Shown piece after piece: positions 40,601 to 50,539 of a DNA stretch of 64,000 bases; the stretch's first letter is position 1, and every line of letters begins with the position of its first letter. The notes under the pieces were generated by a model, which saw nothing but the letters and a program-made list of their open reading frames with translations, ran no database searches and was not told the origin of the DNA. Origin of the DNA: an uncultured Candidatus Rokubacteria bacterium (GTDB lineage Bacteria > Methylomirabilota > Methylomirabilia > Rokubacteriales > CSP1-6); contig CAVWWD010000005.1 in NCBI GenBank assembly GCA_963758635.1, positions 640,001 to 704,000 of the forward strand, given 5' to 3'. Both the position numbers and the translations under genes were made by a program.

Positions 40601-41773
40601 ATGACGATGTGGCTTCGAGTGGGAGTGCTCGCCGCCGCGCTGGCCCTGGCCGGCTCGGTGGACGCGCAGAGCGCGCGCGGCGTCAGCAAGGGCGAGATCG
40701 TGCTCGGCATGCACACCGACCTGTCGGGACCGGCCGCCACCTACGGCGTGTCGTCGTCCAACGCGGTGCGGATGCGCTTCGACGAGGTGAACGCCCGCGG
40801 CGGCATCCACGGGCGCAAGATCAAGCTGGTCGTGGAGGACACGCAGTACCAGGTCCCGCGCGCCGTCCAGGCCGGCAACAAGCTGATCAACCGCGACAAC
40901 ATCTTCGCCATGGTCGCGGGGCTCGGCACCCCGATGAACAACGCGCTGTTCAAGGAGCAGTTCGACGCGGGCGTGCCCAACCTCTTCCCGCTCTCCGCCG
41001 CCCGCTCGATGTTCGAGCCCTTCCACAAGCTGAAGTTCTACGGCGCCGCCACCTACGTGGACCAGGTGCGGGCCGGCATCAACTACTTCGTGACCAAGAA
41101 GGGCAAGAAGGCCGTCTGCGCCATGTACCAGGACACCGACTTCGGCAAGGAGGTGCTGGACGGCGTCCAGGCCCAGGTCGCGCACATGAAGATCAAGCTG
41201 GCCGAGACGACCACCCACAAGCCGACCGACCAGGACTTCACCGCCCAGGTCACCAAGCTGAAGGCCGCGGGCTGCGACCTCGTGGTCCTCGGCACCATCG
41301 TCCGCGACTCGATCGTGCCCTTCGCCACGGCGCGGAAGATCGGCTGGACCGACGTCGACTTCCTCGGCTCCGCCGCGAGCTACGACCTCTTCGTGGCCGG
41401 CGCCCAGGGCGGCGTCACCGAGGGCCTCTACGCCATGGGCCTCACCGACATGCCGTACCGCGACACCCTGAGCCCGACCGCCCAGGGCTGGTTCGACCGC
41501 TACAAGGAGCGCTTCAAGGTGGATCCGAACATCGGCGCGGTGTACGGCCACGTGGCCGCCGACCTGACGGTGGTCGGCCTCGAGCGGGGCGGCGCCGACC
41601 TGAGCCTGGACTCGTTCGTGAAGGGCCTCGAGTCCGTCAAGGGCTACCGCGACATCTTCAACGGGCCCGAGGTGAGCTTCGGCCCCAACAAGCACCAGGG
41701 CGCCAGCTCGTCGTTCCTCGCCGTGGTCAAGGGCGGGCGCTGGGTCCGGGTGACCGACCCCCTCGGCTTCTGA
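40601..41773 (+). CDS. Liv-type ABC substrate-binding protein
   Basis: Signal peptide; DLSGPAA, GGIHGRKI; AAGGAG RBS. Confidence 0.9.
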   Translation: MTMWLRVGVLAAALALAGSVDAQSARGVSKGEIVLGMHTDLSGPAATYGVSSSNAVRMRFDEVNARGGIHGRKIKLVVEDTQYQVPRAVQAGNKLINRDNIFAMVAGLGTPMNNALFKEQFDAGVPNLFPLSAARSMFEPFHKLKFYGAATYVDQVRAGINYFVTKKGKKAVCAMYQDTDFGKEVLDGVQAQVAHMKIKLAETTTHKPTDQDFTAQVTKLKAAGCDLVVLGTIVRDSIVPFATARKIGWTDVDFLGSAASYDLFVAGAQGGVTEGLYAMGLTDMPYRDTLSPTAQGWFDRYKERFKVDPNIGAVYGHVAADLTVVGLERGGADLSLDSFVKGLESVKGYRDIFNGPEVSFGPNKHQGASSSFLAVVKGGRWVRVTDPLGF

Positions 41774-41879
41774 TCGCTCGCGCTGGACCGCTCCCGCTCG
41801 TCCGCCGGAGACCGGCCGGACCGGTCTCCCGCGCGGCGGGGCGGGACGACCACCGCTGGACGGCGAGAGAGGAGCGACG

Positions 41880-43037
41880 ATGGCCAAGAACGGCTTTCGC
41901 GTGATGGACAGCGACCTCCACACCATGGAGCCCGACGGGCTCTGGGAGAAGTACCTGGACCCGCCGTTCCGGAAGTTCGCCCCGCAGTTCGTGCGGAGCG
42001 CGGACGGCGCCTCCAACCAGCCGGTGATCAAGATCGGCCCGCTCGAGCTGGCCGAGATGTCCAAGCGCGCGCGCACCGCCGCCGTGGGCAAGGACCTCCA
42101 GCGCCGCGCCTTCGCCCGGCACCCTCACTACGAGGTCGCCCACGCCCGCGGCTACGACCCGGAGTCGCACGTGCAGGCCATGGACATCGAGGGCATCGAC
42201 GTGGGCGTGCTCTACGGCACGCGCGGCCGGCAGGTGCTCATGCACGACGACCACCAGCCCGAGGTCGCCTCCGCGCTGGCCCGCGCCCACAACAACTGGA
42301 CGCACGACTTCTGCCAGTTCCGGCCCGACCGGCTCCGCTTCGCCGCCCAGCTCGCGTTCCACGACATCCCGGGGGCGATCGCGGAGGCGCGGCGCGCGGT
42401 GCGTGAGCTGGGCGCGGTCGCCGTCATCGGCAACCCCAACCCGATCGCGGGCCGCCACATCCACGATCCCGCGTTCGAGCCGCTCTGGAGCGCCATCGAG
42501 GAGCTGGGCGTGCCCGTCGGGTTCCACCCGACCGGCCAGTCGTCGCTCGAGGCCGACCTCGCGCGCCGCTACCTGGACACGCCCAACGGCCGCGTCATCG
42601 GCGTGGCCGGCCGAAACCCCGTGGAGCTGATGATGGCCTTCGCGAGCATGGCCGCGGGCGGTGTGCTCGAGCGCCACCCCGGCCTCCGCTGCGCGTTCCT
42701 CGAGGGCACGTGCGGGTGGCTGCCGTGGTGGCTGTGGCGGCTCGACGAGGCGTGGGAGAAGTTCGGACCGGGGTCGGAGGTGCAGATCAGCCGGATGCCG
42801 AGCGAGTACTTCCACCGCCAGTGCTTCATCGCCACGGACTCGGACGAGAAGCCGCTGTCCCAGGTCATCGAGGCCATCGGCGACGACAACATCGTCGTCT
42901 CGACCGACTACCCGCACTCCGACGGGCTGTTCCCGGTGGCCATCGAGGAGTTCACGAAGCTGGAGGGCGTATCCGAGCGATCTAAAAAGAAGATCCTCTG
43001 GGACAATTGCGCCCGGCTCTACGGCTTTACGCGCTGA
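41880..43037 (+). CDS. Amidohydrolase family 2 protein
   Basis: DSDLH, MDIEGID, FHP, STDYPH. Confidence 0.88.
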   Translation: MAKNGFRVMDSDLHTMEPDGLWEKYLDPPFRKFAPQFVRSADGASNQPVIKIGPLELAEMSKRARTAAVGKDLQRRAFARHPHYEVAHARGYDPESHVQAMDIEGIDVGVLYGTRGRQVLMHDDHQPEVASALARAHNNWTHDFCQFRPDRLRFAAQLAFHDIPGAIAEARRAVRELGAVAVIGNPNPIAGRHIHDPAFEPLWSAIEELGVPVGFHPTGQSSLEADLARRYLDTPNGRVIGVAGRNPVELMMAFASMAAGGVLERHPGLRCAFLEGTCGWLPWWLWRLDEAWEKFGPGSEVQISRMPSEYFHRQCFIATDSDEKPLSQVIEAIGDDNIVVSTDYPHSDGLFPVAIEEFTKLEGVSERSKKKILWDNCARLYGFTR

Positions 43038-43070
43038 CGTAGCCTCTTCCGGACCGGCGCGCCAGCAGAG

Positions 43071-43214
43071 GGGCGGCGGGGCGGCACTCGGGGTCGCGGG
43101 GTGACGTTGCACGCGTGCGCTGCCCCGCTGGGACTGGGCTCCATCCGGGCGCTCGGGGTCCGACGCCGGTTGGAGGGGAAGCACCCCTCGACCCCGAGTG
43201 CCGCCCCGCCGCCC
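43071..43214. repeat. 33-bp inverted repeat (1 mismatch) around a 78-bp spacer
   Basis: 43071-43103 versus 43182-43214. Confidence 0.85.
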
Positions 43215-43220
43215 CCCGCC

Positions 43221-43443
43221 AACCCGCTGGTGACTTCGGGGTGTCAGGCACTTGCGCAACGCCGACCGGCGGCGCCGTCGTCGGCGGTGCAACTTCGGGG
43301 TCAGGCACTCGCGCAACGCCAACTTCGGGGTCAGGCACTCGCGCCGCAACGCCGAACCGGCGGCGCCGTCGCGGCGCGGGGGAGCGCGCGTGGTGCTAGC
43401 CGGCGGGGCCCGCCCCCCGGCAACCCGCTGGTGACTTGGGTGC
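43221..43443 (+). repeat. REP-like family E cluster (GGGGTCAGGCACTCGCGCAAC-type x3) bounded by AACCCGCTGGTGACTT direct repeats
   Basis: Units near 43238, 43297, 43327; same motif at 53674-53746. Confidence 0.85.
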
Positions 43444-43446
43444 GCC

Positions 43447-45240
43447 TTACCAGGCCAGGGCGTAGGTGGGGCGGCGGGGGTCGGCGCCGGCCAGGAGCAC
43501 GCCGGTGGCGGGATCGCGGCGCGTGACCACCGCGCCGATCCCGCACGCGCCGATCTCGTTGACCGCGTGGCCCAGGTCCCGAAGCGCGGCACGAGTGGTC
43601 TCGGGGATCCCCGGCTCGACGTTGAGCTCCCCCGGCCGGTACGCGCGGGGATAGAACGAGTTGACGAGCGTCTGCGTGGAGAAGCGGGGCGCCTCCACCG
43701 CCTGCTGCGGGTTCATGCCGAACACCAGCGTGTTGAGCACGATCTGGAGATCGGCCTGGGCCTGGTCGTCGCCGCCCGGGCAGCCGATCGTGACCGTGGG
43801 CACGCCGTCCTCGCAGATGAGGTAGCTGATCAGGGTGGTGCGCGGCCGCTTTCCCGGGACGAGACCGTTCGGGTGGCCCTCCTCGAGCACGAACATCTCG
43901 CTGCGGGTGCTGAGCGTGCAACCCAGCTCGGGCGCGAACGCGGACTTCCTGAACACCCCGCCGCTCGGCGTGAGCGCCATCATGTTGCCGTCGCGGTCGA
44001 TCACGGCGATGTGCGTGGTGCCGTCGGGCACCGGCTCCGCCGGCGCGCCGAGCGCGGGCCGCATCGCGGCGCCGTTCACCGGCATCCCGTGCCCCCGCAG
44101 ATCGCCGGGGGCGGGCGCCTCCGACGCCGCGCGATCCATGCGGATGAGCGCGGCGCGCCCTCGCAGGTACGCGGGCGCCAGCAGCTCGGCCACGGGCACG
44201 GAGGCACGCTCAGGGTCGCCGTAGTAGCGCTCGCGATCCGCGAACGCGAGCTTCAGGGCCTCCACCACGCGATGGATGTAGGCCGGCGAGTTGTGCCCCA
44301 TCCCGCGAAGGTCGGCGGGGTCGAGCATGCCGAGCGCCTGCATGAGGACGGGCCCCTGCGTCCACACCGAGGGGCCGAGGATCTCGCGACCGGCGAACGT
44401 CACGCGCACCGGCGCCTCGATGCCCGCGCGGAAGCCGGCGAGGTCCTCCGCCCGCAGCAGCCCGCCCCAGAGCGAAGAGAACGCGCCGATGGCGGCGGCG
44501 ACGGGCCCGCGATAGAAGCACTCGCGCGCCGCCGCGATGCCCGCGGCGCGGGAGCCGCCCGCGCCCGCGTCGGCGGTGACGAGGCGCCGGAGCGTGGCCG
44601 CGAGCGCCGGCTGCACGAACAGCTCGCCCAGCGCCGGCGTCCGGCCGCCGGGGAAGAAGACCGCGGCGCCCCCCGGCGGGTAGAGGTCGAACTGGCTCCG
44701 CGTCTCCGCCGCGCCGAGCACCCGGTGCATGTACTCGTACATGGGGAAGCCGCGCTCCGCGTACTGGAGGGCCGGGGCGAGCGCCTCGGACACCGAGCGG
44801 GTGCCGTAGGTCTCGAGCACGGTCAGGTAGCCGTCGACGGCGCCCGGCACCGTGAACGACAGCTCGGCCTTCGGGCCGGGCCCGGTGGGGATGCGATCGA
44901 GCCCGCGGCTCCGGAACGCGTCGATGGTCGCCAGCGCCGGCGCGACGCCCTGGCCGCTGAGGACGCGGACCTCGCTCCGGCGCGCGTCGTGGATCATCGC
45001 CACGCACTCGCCGCAGAGCGTGTAGGACGCGGTGGGCTCGACCACCGCCGCCGCGAAGCCCGCGGCCACCGCGGCGTCGAACGCGTTGCCCCCGGCCAGG
45101 AGCATGCGCATGCCGGCCATGGACACCAGCGGATGCCCGGACGCCACCACGCCCTGCGTGCCGGACACGACGGGACGCGTGGTGGACCAGTCGGCGGTGT
45201 GATGCTCCATGTCGTGGAAGGCGCCGGGCGATGGGCTCAT
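43447..45240 (-). CDS. Gamma-glutamyltransferase family protein
   Basis: GGNAFDAAVA, VPGAV, FADRERYYGDP, TTHI nucleophile, PGKRPRTT, GADPR. Confidence 0.9.
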   Translation of the reverse strand: MSPSPGAFHDMEHHTADWSTTRPVVSGTQGVVASGHPLVSMAGMRMLLAGGNAFDAAVAAGFAAAVVEPTASYTLCGECVAMIHDARRSEVRVLSGQGVAPALATIDAFRSRGLDRIPTGPGPKAELSFTVPGAVDGYLTVLETYGTRSVSEALAPALQYAERGFPMYEYMHRVLGAAETRSQFDLYPPGGAAVFFPGGRTPALGELFVQPALAATLRRLVTADAGAGGSRAAGIAAARECFYRGPVAAAIGAFSSLWGGLLRAEDLAGFRAGIEAPVRVTFAGREILGPSVWTQGPVLMQALGMLDPADLRGMGHNSPAYIHRVVEALKLAFADRERYYGDPERASVPVAELLAPAYLRGRAALIRMDRAASEAPAPGDLRGHGMPVNGAAMRPALGAPAEPVPDGTTHIAVIDRDGNMMALTPSGGVFRKSAFAPELGCTLSTRSEMFVLEEGHPNGLVPGKRPRTTLISYLICEDGVPTVTIGCPGGDDQAQADLQIVLNTLVFGMNPQQAVEAPRFSTQTLVNSFYPRAYRPGELNVEPGIPETTRAALRDLGHAVNEIGACGIGAVVTRRDPATGVLLAGADPRRPTYALAW

Positions 45241-45458
45241 GAGCTCGGTCTCCTCGGCCGCGATCGTGTCACAGCGTCGCGCGCCTCGTCAAAGGGACAT
45301 CCGCGAGCACTCGACCATCGACCGCTACGACAAGCCGAAGACGGTGTGGGAAGCGGTGGCGCGCCCGCCGGCGCCGTGAGCCCGGCCGCCCCCGCGCTAT
45401 ACTCCCGGCGGGCGACGGCCCGGCGCCGAGAGCGCGGCCGCGCGACGGAGGGAATCCC

Positions 45459-47009
45459 ATGCCCCAGGCGTCCGGACGACGGAAGAACGTCCTCCTGATC
45501 GTGGTCGACCAGTGGCGGGCCGAGTGCCTGTCCTACCTCGGCCACCCGACGGTACGCACCCCGAACATCGACGCGCTGTGCGCGGCGGGCGTGACGTTCA
45601 AGAACCACTTCACCCAGGCCGTGCCGTGCGGGCCTGGGCGCGCCTCGCTGCTCACCGGGCTCTACATGATGAACCACCGCGTGGTGCAGAACTCGGTGCC
45701 GATGGACGCGCGCCACACCAATCTCGCTTGGGAGATGCGGCGGGCGGGCTACGAGCCCGCCCTGGTCGGCTACACGACGACCACGCCCGACCCGCGGGTG
45801 ACGCCGCCCGAGGACCCGCGCTTCCGGAACCTCGGGGCCCTCATGCCGGGCTGGCACCCGGTGGGCCCGTGGGAGCCGGAGAAGGCGCCGTACTTCAGCT
45901 GGCTGCGCGCCCGCGGCCACGCCGTGCCCGACGATCCCGAGGACATCTGGCTGCCCGCCGACGGACCGGGCGCCGGGGCGACGCGCTCGCCCTCGCGCAT
46001 CCCCGCCGAGCTGTCGGACTCCGCGTGGGCCACCGACTGCGCGCTCACCTACCTCTCGGGTCAGCGGACGCGGCCGTGGCTCCTGCACCTCGGCTACTAC
46101 CGCCCGCACCCGCCGTTCATCGCCCCTGCCCCCTACCACGCGCTCTACGACCCCGCCACGGTCCCGGCGCCCGTCCGCGCCGCCTCCGCGGAGGCGGAGG
46201 GCCGGCAGCATCCGCTCCTCGCGTACTACATGAAGGCGGTCAAGCAGTCGAAGTTCTTCCGCGACGGGCGCGGGCTCGGCTCGGCCATGTCGGAGGACGA
46301 GGTGCGGCTGATGCGGGCCGCGTACTACGCGCTCATCAGCGAGGTCGACGAGCACGTGGGCCGCGTCATCGCCTTCCTGCGCGAGACCGGACAGTGGGAC
46401 GACACGCTCGTGGTCCTCACGTGCGATCACGGCGAGCAGCTCGGCGACCACCACCTGCTCGGCAAGCTGGGCTACTTCGACGAGAGCTTCCGGATCCCGC
46501 TGGTGATCCGCGACCCCGTAGCGGAGGCGGACGGAAGCCGCGGCCGCGTGGTGGAGGCGTTCACGGAGACGATCGACGTGATGCCGACGATCCTCGAGTG
46601 GGTGGGCGCGCGGGTGCCCCGCCCCTCGGACGGGACGTCGCTCGCGCCGTTCCTGCGCGGGGAGACGCCGGAGAACTGGCGGCGGGAGGTCCACTACGAG
46701 TTCGACTTCCGCACCTACTTCGGCGACGTGCGCGAGCGCGCGCTGGGCCTGCACGTGGACCAGTGCTCGCTCGCGGTGATCCAGGACGCGCGGTACAAGT
46801 ACGTCCACTTCGACGCGCTGCCCCCGCTCTTCTTCGACCTCGAGGCCGACCCCGGCCAGTTCCGGAACGTGGCCGGCGATCCCGCGTACGCGTCGCGGGT
46901 CCTCGCCTACGCCCAGAAGATGCTGAGCTGGCGCCTGCACCACGCCGAGCGCACGCTCACGGGCTGGAGCGCGTCGCCCGAGGGCCTCGTCGACCGCAGC
47001 GCGGCCTGA
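45459..47009 (+). CDS. Phosphonate monoester hydrolase-like sulfatase (alkaline phosphatase superfamily)
   Basis: NVLLIVVDQWR, CGPGRASLLTG formylglycine motif, GYTTTTPDPR, RPHPP, DHGEQLGDH. Confidence 0.85.
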   Translation: MPQASGRRKNVLLIVVDQWRAECLSYLGHPTVRTPNIDALCAAGVTFKNHFTQAVPCGPGRASLLTGLYMMNHRVVQNSVPMDARHTNLAWEMRRAGYEPALVGYTTTTPDPRVTPPEDPRFRNLGALMPGWHPVGPWEPEKAPYFSWLRARGHAVPDDPEDIWLPADGPGAGATRSPSRIPAELSDSAWATDCALTYLSGQRTRPWLLHLGYYRPHPPFIAPAPYHALYDPATVPAPVRAASAEAEGRQHPLLAYYMKAVKQSKFFRDGRGLGSAMSEDEVRLMRAAYYALISEVDEHVGRVIAFLRETGQWDDTLVVLTCDHGEQLGDHHLLGKLGYFDESFRIPLVIRDPVAEADGSRGRVVEAFTETIDVMPTILEWVGARVPRPSDGTSLAPFLRGETPENWRREVHYEFDFRTYFGDVRERALGLHVDQCSLAVIQDARYKYVHFDALPPLFFDLEADPGQFRNVAGDPAYASRVLAYAQKMLSWRLHHAERTLTGWSASPEGLVDRSAA

Positions 47010-47091
47010 CACGCCCAGACGTCATCCCGACGCGCCACCCGCGAGGCCGGCAGCTCGGGCGCGCCGGCATTCGGCGGGACGCCGACCCTCC

Positions 47092-48612
47092 TCAGGCGGC
47101 CGGGCGGCGGCCCCGTCCGCCGCGGCGGCGGCGGCGCGGCCCTCGGCGGTCCTGCGCCTTGGCGGCCGCCGGGGACGCCGTCGCGGCGCGGGCCGCCACT
47201 GCGGCGGTCTTCTCGTTGCCGGGGCCCGGCGCCTCGTCGTCCTCCTCCTCGACCTCCGGCCTGGGCGGGCGGTGACGCGAGGGCTGGATCTCGGGGGGCA
47301 GGATCGGCTGCGCCTCGTCTTCGTCCAGCCTCTCCTCGTCCAGCTTCTCCTCGTCTCGCGTCTCCTCGTCTCGCGTCTCCTCGTCTCGCTTCGCCTCGTC
47401 TCGCTTCGCCTCGTCCGGTTTCTGGGGCGCGGTGTCCTCGGCCGAGATCGGGACGGCAGCGGCGGCAGCGGGGGTCTCGCCGGTGAGCGTGATCATCCCG
47501 CTCGGGCTCACCGACAGCTCGCGGATCCGCCGGAGCCGCGTGATGAGCCGGGGCGATCCCGGCGTCCGCGCGAAGCCGCGCCGCTTCAGCTCTCGCGCCA
47601 GCGTGTCGATCAGGATGGCGCGCCCGCGCGCCTGCTGCACCAGCTCGCGGATCACGTGGATGATCTCGTCGTGGGGCGCGGTGTGGGGCTCGGCGGTGTG
47701 GGGCTCGGCGCTGCTGGCCGCGGCCACCGGGGCGAGGGCCGGCGCCGGCGCGGGCGCCGCCGGACGCGGCTCGGCCGCCGGCCGCGGCGCCGAGGCGGGC
47801 GCGGGCATCGGCCGCCCGTGGGAGCGTCCGCGCCGCCGACCCCGGTACCGCGCCGACGAGGCTGGCGCGGGCGCGGCGGGCTCGGGCACGGCGGGAGATC
47901 CTGAGAGCATCCGGTAGGACAGACGCTGGAAGTCGATCCCGAGCGCCGTGGCCACGTCGCCGACGGCGTCGAACGCCCGGTCGTCGGAGACGATCTGGAT
48001 GCGATCCCCGGGACGGGCCGTGCCGAGCCAGACGCCCGCGCTCACCGCGATGCGCAAGTCGCTCCAGTCGCGGACGCCGGTGGCGGGTGCGCTGTGGACC
48101 AGGTGCGCGCCGTGCCGGGACAGGAGGCGCGCGATCTCGTAGCCGATGACGCGCCAGTTGCCGACCGCGACGAAGTCCGTCCGGGAGCCGACGCGGTCCA
48201 GCGCGAGCTGGCGCATCACCCGCTCGACGTGCGGCACGTGGCTCGTGTTCTCCACGTCGAAGAAGATGGCGCGCCGCGAGGTGGGCCATGGCCGCTCGGG
48301 CACCACCACCACGCCGCGCGCGGCGTGCTCGACCTCGGGCGTGGCGAGCGCGAGGCCGTCGGGCAGCTGCGGCGGCGCGTCGTCGGCGGGCAGGATGTCG
48401 ATCGGCCCCGACGGGTCCGCGAGGACGAGCGGGGGAACGGCAAGCTCCATGGGGAGCGGGGGCGGCGGCGCCTCGGCGACGGCGGCGCGAGCCCGGCGCG
48501 GCGATGCCGGCCTGGCCGCGCGCGCCGGCTTGGCCGCGGGCGCCGGCTTGCCCGCGGGCGCCGGCTTGGCGGCGCGCCGGCGGGGACGCCGGGGGACGGA
48601 TTTCTTGCTCAT
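47092..48612 (-). CDS. Divergent NYN-like protein with HTH module and low-complexity termini
   Basis: IFFDVEN, RDWSDL, IVSDDRAFD; acidic 5-aa repeats. Confidence 0.65.
   Translation of the reverse strand: MSKKSVPRRPRRRAAKPAPAGKPAPAAKPARAARPASPRRARAAVAEAPPPPLPMELAVPPLVLADPSGPIDILPADDAPPQLPDGLALATPEVEHAARGVVVVPERPWPTSRRAIFFDVENTSHVPHVERVMRQLALDRVGSRTDFVAVGNWRVIGYEIARLLSRHGAHLVHSAPATGVRDWSDLRIAVSAGVWLGTARPGDRIQIVSDDRAFDAVGDVATALGIDFQRLSYRMLSGSPAVPEPAAPAPASSARYRGRRRGRSHGRPMPAPASAPRPAAEPRPAAPAPAPALAPVAAASSAEPHTAEPHTAPHDEIIHVIRELVQQARGRAILIDTLARELKRRGFARTPGSPRLITRLRRIRELSVSPSGMITLTGETPAAAAAVPISAEDTAPQKPDEAKRDEAKRDEETRDEETRDEEKLDEERLDEDEAQPILPPEIQPSRHRPPRPEVEEEDDEAPGPGNEKTAAVAARAATASPAAAKAQDRRGPRRRRRGGRGRRPAA
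47326..47416 (-). repeat. In-frame 15-bp tandem repeat (DEAKR/DEETR/DEEKL, ~6 units)
   Basis: CTCGTCTCGCGTCTC-type units. Confidence 0.85.
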
Positions 48613-48710
48613 CGATGTTCTCCAATCATGTGGGACGCGGCGACTCCGGCGATTCTACACCGGGCCGCGCCAGCCGGCCCCGGTTCGGCGGGCCGATCGG
48701 CGTCCGCGGC

Positions 48711-48740
48711 TTGACGGGTAGAAGGCGCGGCGGATAGAGT
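48711..48740 (+). promoter_or_regulatory. Sigma70-type promoter
   Basis: TTGACG-N18-TAGAGT. Confidence 0.55.
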
Positions 48741-48770
48741 GCTCCGGAGAGCCGACCAAGGAGGATCGCC

Positions 48771-49391
48771 ATGTTCCGTGATCTCGTGACCTCGGTGGAG
48801 ACCCTGCGCGGTATCGTCGGCGGCGAGCCGAGCGAGGTGGCCCGGCGCAAGGAGCTGGCCGCGCTCGACCCGCACGCCCGCTCGTTCATCGCGCATTCCC
48901 CGTTCCTGCTCCTGGGCACGTCGGACGCCGCCGGCCACTGCAACGTCTCGCCCAAGGGCGACGCCCCGGGGTTCGTCCGCGTCCTCGACGACCACCACCT
49001 GGTGATCCCCGACCGGCCGGGGAACAAGCGCCTCGACGGCATGCGCAACATCCTGGCCAACCCGCACGTCGGCGTCATCTTCCTCGTGCCCGGCAACGAC
49101 TTCACGCTCCGCGTGAACGGGCGGGCCGTCATCACGCGGGAGCCCGAGCTGCTCGGCGCGCTTGCAGCAAAGGGCAAGACCCCGCTCCTCGCCATCGGCG
49201 TGGAGGTCGAGGAGGTGTTCCTCCACTGCGCGCGCTCGTTCCGCCGGGGCCGGCTCTGGGACCCCGCGGGGTGGCCCGGGCTCGAGGCCCTCCCCTCGAT
49301 GCCGTGCATGCTCTACGACCAGACGAACGGGGCCATGACGCTCGAGGCCCTGGAGGCGCGCAACGCCCAGTCCCTCGTGAACCTGTACTGA
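48771..49391 (+). CDS. Pyridoxamine 5'-phosphate oxidase-like FMN-binding protein
   Basis: SPKGDAPGFV, PDRPGNKR, TLRVNGRA, FLHCAR. Confidence 0.88.
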   Translation: MFRDLVTSVETLRGIVGGEPSEVARRKELAALDPHARSFIAHSPFLLLGTSDAAGHCNVSPKGDAPGFVRVLDDHHLVIPDRPGNKRLDGMRNILANPHVGVIFLVPGNDFTLRVNGRAVITREPELLGALAAKGKTPLLAIGVEVEEVFLHCARSFRRGRLWDPAGWPGLEALPSMPCMLYDQTNGAMTLEALEARNAQSLVNLY

Positions 49392-49395
49392 CCAA

Positions 49396-49485
49396 GTTGT
49401 GACGCAATGCGGACCTTGACCTCACCGGGCGGGCAACGCCACGATTCTGCGTCCACGCGCCGTGCCGTCGTGGCATCGCGTCGCC
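49396..49485 (-). mobile_element. MITE-like repeat family C copy (diverged)
   Basis: GTTGTGACGCAATGCGG...GGGCAACGCCACGATTCTGCG. Confidence 0.7.
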
Positions 49486-49502
49486 TCGACTGAAAGGCGC
49501 TC

Positions 49503-50513
49503 GTGCAGTTCGGCCTCTACAGCTCGATCGCGAATCCACCGCGCGGCGAGCACCTGGACCGCTGCGTGGACGAGGTCATCGCCGAGGCGCAGCTCGCGGA
49601 GGCGAGCGGCTTCGACTCCTGCTTCTTCGGCGAGCACCACCAGGATCGTGACGGCTTCCTGCCCTCGCCCCTCGTGGTCGCCACCGCCGTGGCCGCGCGC
49701 ACCGAGCGGCTGCGCGTGGGCACCTCGGTCATCCTGCTGCCGCTCCACCACCCGGTCCGGGTCGCCGAGGATGCCATCACGCTCGACATCGTGTCGAAGG
49801 GCCGCCTCGTCCTGGGCGTGGGCATCGGCTACCAGGAGACCGACTTCCGCGCCTTCGGCGTGTCGATGGCGGATCGCGTGGGACTGTTCGAGGAAGGCGT
49901 GGAGATCCTCCGCCGCTGCTGGGCGGGCGAGCGCTTCTCCTTCCGGGGCGCCCACCACACGCTCGAGGACGTGCAGATCACGCCGCGGCCGATCCAGCGG
50001 CCGGGGCCGCCGCTCTGGTTCGGCGGCAGCGTCCCCGCCGCGGCCCGCCGCGCCGGCCGCATGGCCGACGGCTTCGTGGGCACGCCGAGCACGACGCTCG
50101 AGAACACCCGCCGCCTGATCGACGCCTACCGCCAGGCCGCGGGGGAGGCGGGGCGGCCCGCCGAGATCGTGCTGATGCGCGACGCGTGGGTCGCCTCGAC
50201 GCGCGCCGAGGCGGAGGCGGTGTACGGTCCGGAGGTGATGGCCGCCTACCGGTACTACTGGGAGCACCGGCTCGCCGAGTTCAAGAACGTGCCCCCGGAC
50301 GCGCCCTTCACCCTGGAGAGCCTGGCCCCGAACCGGATCATCCTCGGCGATCCGGAGGCGTGCGTGCGCGAGTTCCGCCTCTGGCAGGAGGTGACGGGCG
50401 CCAGCTACTGTCTCCTGCGTCTCCGCCATGCCCACTCCGGCGGGCCCGCCCACGACAAGATCCAGGGCGCCATCAAGCTCTTCGGCGACCGCGTCCTCCC
50501 CTACTGCCGCTGA
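49503..50513 (+). CDS. LLM-class flavin-dependent oxidoreductase
   Basis: GEHH, LPLHHPVRVAED, GRLVLGVGIGY. Confidence 0.9.
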   Translation: MQFGLYSSIANPPRGEHLDRCVDEVIAEAQLAEASGFDSCFFGEHHQDRDGFLPSPLVVATAVAARTERLRVGTSVILLPLHHPVRVAEDAITLDIVSKGRLVLGVGIGYQETDFRAFGVSMADRVGLFEEGVEILRRCWAGERFSFRGAHHTLEDVQITPRPIQRPGPPLWFGGSVPAAARRAGRMADGFVGTPSTTLENTRRLIDAYRQAAGEAGRPAEIVLMRDAWVASTRAEAEAVYGPEVMAAYRYYWEHRLAEFKNVPPDAPFTLESLAPNRIILGDPEACVREFRLWQEVTGASYCLLRLRHAHSGGPAHDKIQGAIKLFGDRVLPYCR

Positions 50514-50539
50514 GCGCCGGCCGGGTCCGGCTCGAGCGG

